From contig CAVXGR010000012.1 of NCBI GenBank assembly GCA_963761335.1, forward strand, positions 256,001 through 320,000: 64,000 bases of DNA. The letters run 5' to 3'. Position numbers and translations under genes: made by a program. The notes beneath the pieces were generated by a model. That model worked only from the letters and a program-made list of their open reading frames with translations. It searched no databases and was not told the DNA's origin. Below, one piece after another: positions 59,816 through 64,000 of the stretch. This DNA is from an uncultured delta proteobacterium (GTDB taxonomy: Bacteria > Desulfobacterota > Binatia > HRBIN30 > BPIQ01). How positions within the stretch are numbered: the first letter of the stretch is position 1; each line of letters begins with the position of its first letter.

Positions 59816-62563
59816 ATGTCTTCGAAGAAGCGCATCAGCGAATGGGCAAAGGAATGGAACGTCGAAACCAAGGACGTTCTCGCCGCACTGGACCGCCTCG
59901 GACGTCGCAATCGCAAGCCGCAGAGCTCGATGGCGGAAGATGAGGCGCAGCAGCTGTACGACGAGATGCATCTGAGCCCGCAGGCCAGCGCCTCCGTCGG
60001 CAACGAGCGCGTCGTCGAAGAAGAGGGACACACCGTCGTCGAGCGGCGCGTGCGCGCCAACGTCATCCGGCGCCGAACCACGCGCCATGAGGAGGAGTCC
60101 GCGGGAGCGGTGCCGCCGCCCGTCGAGGCCCTGCCCTCGGCCACCGAGGCTCTCGAGCCGTTCATGCCCGTGGGCCTAGCCGACCTGTCGCCGGAGTCAG
60201 CGGCACCGATCACACCCGCACCGCCCCCGGCCGTCGTCACCGCGCCGCCGCCACCGTCGGCGGCCGCCGAAGAGGTTGTCGCGGAAGCGCCGGCCACCGC
60301 CGAGATCGAGGCGGAGGCGCCGGAGCCGGCGCGGGCGACGCCTGCGACGGCCCCACCTGCTCCCGCGGCGGTCGCCACGGCTGCCAGCCCCACTGCACCG
60401 GCAGCCGCCCAGCCGGCCCCGGCGGCGCCCAAGAGGCCGCTCATGTCGGATGGCATGCAGGGGCCGAAGGTCCTCGGCAGGATCGACTTGAAGAAGGCCG
60501 AGGCAGCGCGCCTCGCCGAGCGCAGCGCGGCGCAGCGCCGCAGCGCCGCGCCCGCTCCCGCCGCGGCGGCACCCGCTCCCGGCGCCCCCCCTGGTGAGGA
60601 GGAGGCAAAGCCCGGTCAGAAGCGCAAGAAGCGCCGGGTGATCAAGAAGTCCGAGCTGCCGGAGATCCAGGACCGCGAGTTCCGTCACGGCAAGATGCCG
60701 CGCAAGAAGCGGGCACAGCCGGGCAAGGAGCAGAAGCGCACGGAGATCACCACTCCCAAGGCCAGCAAGCGCGTGGTGCGCATCTCCGAGGTGATCACCG
60801 TCGGCGAGCTCGCCCGGGCGATGGGGGTCAAGGCCGGAGAAGTCATCAGGAAGCTGATGGACAACGGCATGATGGCCACCATCAACCAGGTGCTCGACCA
60901 CGACACCGCGACCCTGATCGCCACCGAGTTCGAGTACAACGTCGAGAACGTCGCCTTCGACGCCGAGCAGGCGATCGAGGAGAGCCACGAGGCGCAGCCG
61001 GAGGAGGCGCAGACGCCGCGTCCGCCGGTGGTCACCATCATGGGCCACGTCGATCACGGCAAGACCTCCCTTCTTGACGCCGTCCGCGAGACCAATGTCA
61101 CCGCCCAGGAAGCCGGCGGCATCACCCAGCACATCGGCGCCTACAGCGTTCAAGTGAACGACAAGGAGGTGACCTTCCTCGATACGCCGGGCCACGAAGC
61201 CTTTACCGCGATGCGCGCCCGCGGCGCCAAGGTCACCGACATCGTCGTGCTGGTGGTCGCCGCCGACGACGGCGTCATGCCGCAGACGGCGGAGGCCATC
61301 AACCACGCCCGCGCCGCCGAGGTGCCGATCATCGTCGCCATCAACAAGATCGACAAGCTGGACGCCAACCCGGAACGCGTCAAGCAGGAGCTCGGCGACC
61401 ACGGCCTCGCTCCCGAGGACTGGGGTGGCGACACGGTCTGCGTGCCGGTGTCGGCGAAGACCAAAGAGGGAATTCCGCATCTCCTGGAGATGCTCTTGCT
61501 GCAGGCGGATATGCTCGAGCTCAAGGCCAACGCCGACAAGCTCGCTCGCGGCACCATCGTCGAGGCGCGCCTCGATCGCGGCCGCGGCGCCGTGGCCACC
61601 GTGCTGGTGCAGGAGGGTACGCTCAAGGTCGGCGATCCCTTCGTCTGCGGTGGCACCTATGGCCGTATCCGCGCCATGGTGGACGACAAGGGCCGCAAGG
61701 TCGACACCGCCGGCCCCTCGCACCCGGTCGAGATCCTCGGCCTGCAGGCCGTTCCCGAGGCCGGAAACTCCTTCGTCGCCGTTGCCGACGAGGCGACGGC
61801 ACGGCAGGTCGCCGAGCATCGCCGCGGCAAGCAGCGCGAGGCCGAGATGGCGAAGACCAGCAAGGTCTCGCTCGAGGACCTCTACCAGCAGATCCAGGCC
61901 GGCGACGTCAAGGAGCTGCGCGTCATCATCAAGGCCGATGTGCAGGGCTCCGTCGAGGCGCTCTCCGAGGCACTGCGCCGGCTGTCGACCGATGAGGTCC
62001 GGCTCAACGTCCTGCACGCCTCGGTCGGCGGCATCTCCGAGAGCGACGTCCTCCTGGCCACCGCCTCGAATGCCATCATCATCGGCTTCAACGTGCGCCC
62101 CGAATCCAAGGCGAACACGGTCGCCGAGCGCGAAGGCGTGGAGATCCGCCCGTACACCGTCATCTACGATGCCGTGAACGACGTGCGCGACGCCATGGAA
62201 GGACTGCTCGAGCCGATGGTGCGCGAGCGCACCCTCGCCCGCGCCGAGGTGCGACAGGTGTTCAACGTCGGCTCCTTCGGCACCATCGCCGGCTGCTTCA
62301 TCACCGAGGGCAAGATCACCCGCGGCGCGCTCGGGCGTCTCGTCCGCGATCACGTCGTCGTCCACGACGGCCGCATCGGTAGCCTGCGACGCTTCAAGGA
62401 GGACGTGCGCGAGGTCGCCTCCGGTTACGAGTGCGGCATCGGCTTCGAGAACTACGGCGACATCAAGACCGGCGACATCATCGAGGCCTACGAGACGGAG
62501 CGCGTCGTGCGCCGGCTCACGCCGACCAGCGGCAAGGCCGCCGCCGCCGAGCGCCGCGCCTGA
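59816..62563 (+). CDS. infB: Translation initiation factor IF-2
   Basis: [35 protein letters not shown]. Confidence 0.98.
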   Translation: MSSKKRISEWAKEWNVETKDVLAALDRLGRRNRKPQSSMAEDEAQQLYDEMHLSPQASASVGNERVVEEEGHTVVERRVRANVIRRRTTRHEEESAGAVPPPVEALPSATEALEPFMPVGLADLSPESAAPITPAPPPAVVTAPPPPSAAAEEVVAEAPATAEIEAEAPEPARATPATAPPAPAAVATAASPTAPAAAQPAPAAPKRPLMSDGMQGPKVLGRIDLKKAEAARLAERSAAQRRSAAPAPAAAAPAPGAPPGEEEAKPGQKRKKRRVIKKSELPEIQDREFRHGKMPRKKRAQPGKEQKRTEITTPKASKRVVRISEVITVGELARAMGVKAGEVIRKLMDNGMMATINQVLDHDTATLIATEFEYNVENVAFDAEQAIEESHEAQPEEAQTPRPPVVTIMGHVDHGKTSLLDAVRETNVTAQEAGGITQHIGAYSVQVNDKEVTFLDTPGHEAFTAMRARGAKVTDIVVLVVAADDGVMPQTAEAINHARAAEVPIIVAINKIDKLDANPERVKQELGDHGLAPEDWGGDTVCVPVSAKTKEGIPHLLEMLLLQADMLELKANADKLARGTIVEARLDRGRGAVATVLVQEGTLKVGDPFVCGGTYGRIRAMVDDKGRKVDTAGPSHPVEILGLQAVPEAGNSFVAVADEATARQVAEHRRGKQREAEMAKTSKVSLEDLYQQIQAGDVKELRVIIKADVQGSVEALSEALRRLSTDEVRLNVLHASVGGISESDVLLATASNAIIIGFNVRPESKANTVAEREGVEIRPYTVIYDAVNDVRDAMEGLLEPMVRERTLARAEVRQVFNVGSFGTIAGCFITEGKITRGALGRLVRDHVVVHDGRIGSLRRFKEDVREVASGYECGIGFENYGDIKTGDIIEAYETERVVRRLTPTSGKAAAAERRA

Positions 62564-62579
62564 GTCGCCGGAACGGTCG

Positions 62580-62867
62580 ATGGTGGTGGGCGTTCTGAAG
62601 CTCACCCTGTATCTGCCTGAGAATCACTCGCTCAAAGGCAAGCGCGGGGTCCTGAAGAAGATCAAGGCCCGCGTGTCCAACAAGTTCAACGTCTCGATCG
62701 CCGAATGCGAGGCCCAGGACCTCTGGCAGCGCGCCGTCCTCGGCATCAGCCAGGTCGGCTCCGAGGTGGGGCACGTCGACGCCTCGTTGCGCGAGGTGGT
62801 GCGCTTCATCGACGAGATGCAGATCGCCGAGCTCGGCGAGGAAGAGCTGGACTTCGCTCACTACTGA
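62580..62867 (+). CDS. DUF503 (YlxP) family protein
   Basis: MVVG...SLKGKR.V...KFNVSIAE...D.WQRA. Confidence 0.9.
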   Translation: MVVGVLKLTLYLPENHSLKGKRGVLKKIKARVSNKFNVSIAECEAQDLWQRAVLGISQVGSEVGHVDASLREVVRFIDEMQIAELGEEELDFAHY

Positions 62868-62880
62868 GCGAAGGTGAGCC

Positions 62881-63237
62881 ATGAGCGTGCGCCGCGCCGA
62901 CCGCGTCGCGGATCTGGTCCGCGCCGCCATTGCCGAGATCCTCCTGCGGGAGATCAAGGATCCCCGTATCGGCCTGGTGACCCTGACCGCCGTCGAGATG
63001 AGCGACGACCTGCGCCACGCGCGCGTCTACTTCAGCGTCGTCGGCGACGACAAGACGCGCCAGCAGTCGCTCAAGGGGCTGCGCAGCGCCGCCGGCTTCA
63101 TTCGCCGCGAGGTCGGCCACCGCCTCGAGCTCCGCTTCGCTCCCGAGATCGCCTTTCACCTCGATCCCGGCCCCGAGCGCGCCCAGCGCCTGGCGGAGCT
63201 GCTGCATCACGACCACCGCGACGATGAGTCGAGCTGA
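62881..63237 (+). CDS. rbfA: Ribosome-binding factor A
   Basis: R..RVA, IKDPR, DLRHARVY, AGFIR, LRFAPE. Confidence 0.95.
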   Translation: MSVRRADRVADLVRAAIAEILLREIKDPRIGLVTLTAVEMSDDLRHARVYFSVVGDDKTRQQSLKGLRSAAGFIRREVGHRLELRFAPEIAFHLDPGPERAQRLAELLHHDHRDDESS

Positions 63238-64000
63238 AGGGCCCGACGGCATCCTCCTGATCGACAAGCCGGAGGGGATCACCTCCGCCGAGGTGGTGCG
63301 GCAAGTGAAGCGCACGCTGCAGGTCAAGGTCGGCCACCTCGGCACCCTGGATCCCTTCGCCAGTGGCGTCCTGCCCCTGTGCCTCGGGGAAGGCACCAAG
63401 ATCGCACAGTTTCTCAACACCGCTGACAAGTCGTATGCGGGCCTGATCCGCCTCGGCGTGCGCACCGACAGCGGCGATCGCACCGGAGTCGAGGTCGAGC
63501 GCCGGCCGGTGCCGCCGCTCGACGAGGGCCGCTGCGCGCAGGTGGCCGGCGACTTCCTCGGCGAACGGCTGCAGACGCCGCCGATGCACTCCGCCGTGAA
63601 GCGCGACGGCGTTCCCCTCTACAAGCTGGCGCGGCGCGGCGTCGAAGTGGAGCGCGTGCCGCGCCGCATTCGCATCGACCGCCTGGAGATGGCGCCGAGC
63701 GGGACCGAGGCGCTGCGCTTCTCCTGCGACTGCTCCAAGGGAACCTACGTGCGCGTCCTCGCCGAGGAGATCGGCGCTGCCCTCGGCACCGCGGCCCATC
63801 TCGAGCAGCTGCGCCGCACCCGCTTCGGCCATTTTCGCGTCGGCGATGCCCTCCTCCTCCCTCTCGACCGCGAGGCAACCGCGCCTGCCGTCATCTCGCC
63901 GCGAGAGGCCCTGCCGGAGATTCCCGAGCTCTGCGTCGACGCCGCCGATGCGGCGCGCGTGCGCCGCGGACAGACGAGCGCCCTGGCCCGGCTGCCGGCA
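63224..64000 (+). CDS. truB: tRNA pseudouridine(55) synthase (runs off window end)
   Basis: Manual translation: DGILLIDKPEGITS...KVGHLGTLDPFASGVL...PPMHSAVK..G.PLYKLAR...CSKGTYVR. Confidence 0.95.
   Translation, partial: MSRAEGPDGILLIDKPEGITSAEVVRQVKRTLQVKVGHLGTLDPFASGVLPLCLGEGTKIAQFLNTADKSYAGLIRLGVRTDSGDRTGVEVERRPVPPLDEGRCAQVAGDFLGERLQTPPMHSAVKRDGVPLYKLARRGVEVERVPRRIRIDRLEMAPSGTEALRFSCDCSKGTYVRVLAEEIGAALGTAAHLEQLRRTRFGHFRVGDALLLPLDREATAPAVISPREALPEIPELCVDAADAARVRRGQTSALARLPA

Noticed and set aside
60100..60620. Pro/Ala-rich low-complexity stretch in infB
   Set aside because: This is the ordinary variable N-terminal region of IF-2.

Overview
This is a high-GC (about 70% by eye, not computed) bacterial chromosomal segment. 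Gene content and style suggest a deltaproteobacterial-type lineage such as Candidatus Binatia; that assignment is inference only. The backbone is housekeeping: hom-thrC-glpX, recG, pyrR-pyrB-pyrC-carA-carB, gatCAB, argJ, a hisN-like phosphatase, greA, and rimP-nusA-ylxR-infB-DUF503-rbfA-truB. Acyl-CoA rearrangement genes are interleaved: a two-subunit B12 mutase with isobutyryl-CoA-mutase-type residues, and an ethylmalonyl-CoA pathway trio (methylsuccinyl-CoA dehydrogenase, malyl-CoA-lyase-like enzyme, ethylmalonyl-CoA mutase). Accessory content includes (i) a coupled HprK-like kinase / APH-like phosphotransferase / GT1 glycosyltransferase operon, (ii) two PQQ-type beta-propeller lipoproteins carrying inserted 4-Cys modules, (iii) two proteins with GGC-TM-basic C-terminal sorting tails, and (iv) several genes broken by internal deletions. 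The non-coding DNA holds a PyrR-binding leader that appears coupled to an 11-codon leader peptide and a terminator, a rimP-leader hairpin, probable leaderless promoters, and at least five families of short palindromic or tandem repeats. No transposase, integrase, tRNA, rRNA or CRISPR array was seen. All family assignments come from motif recognition by eye; no searches were run.
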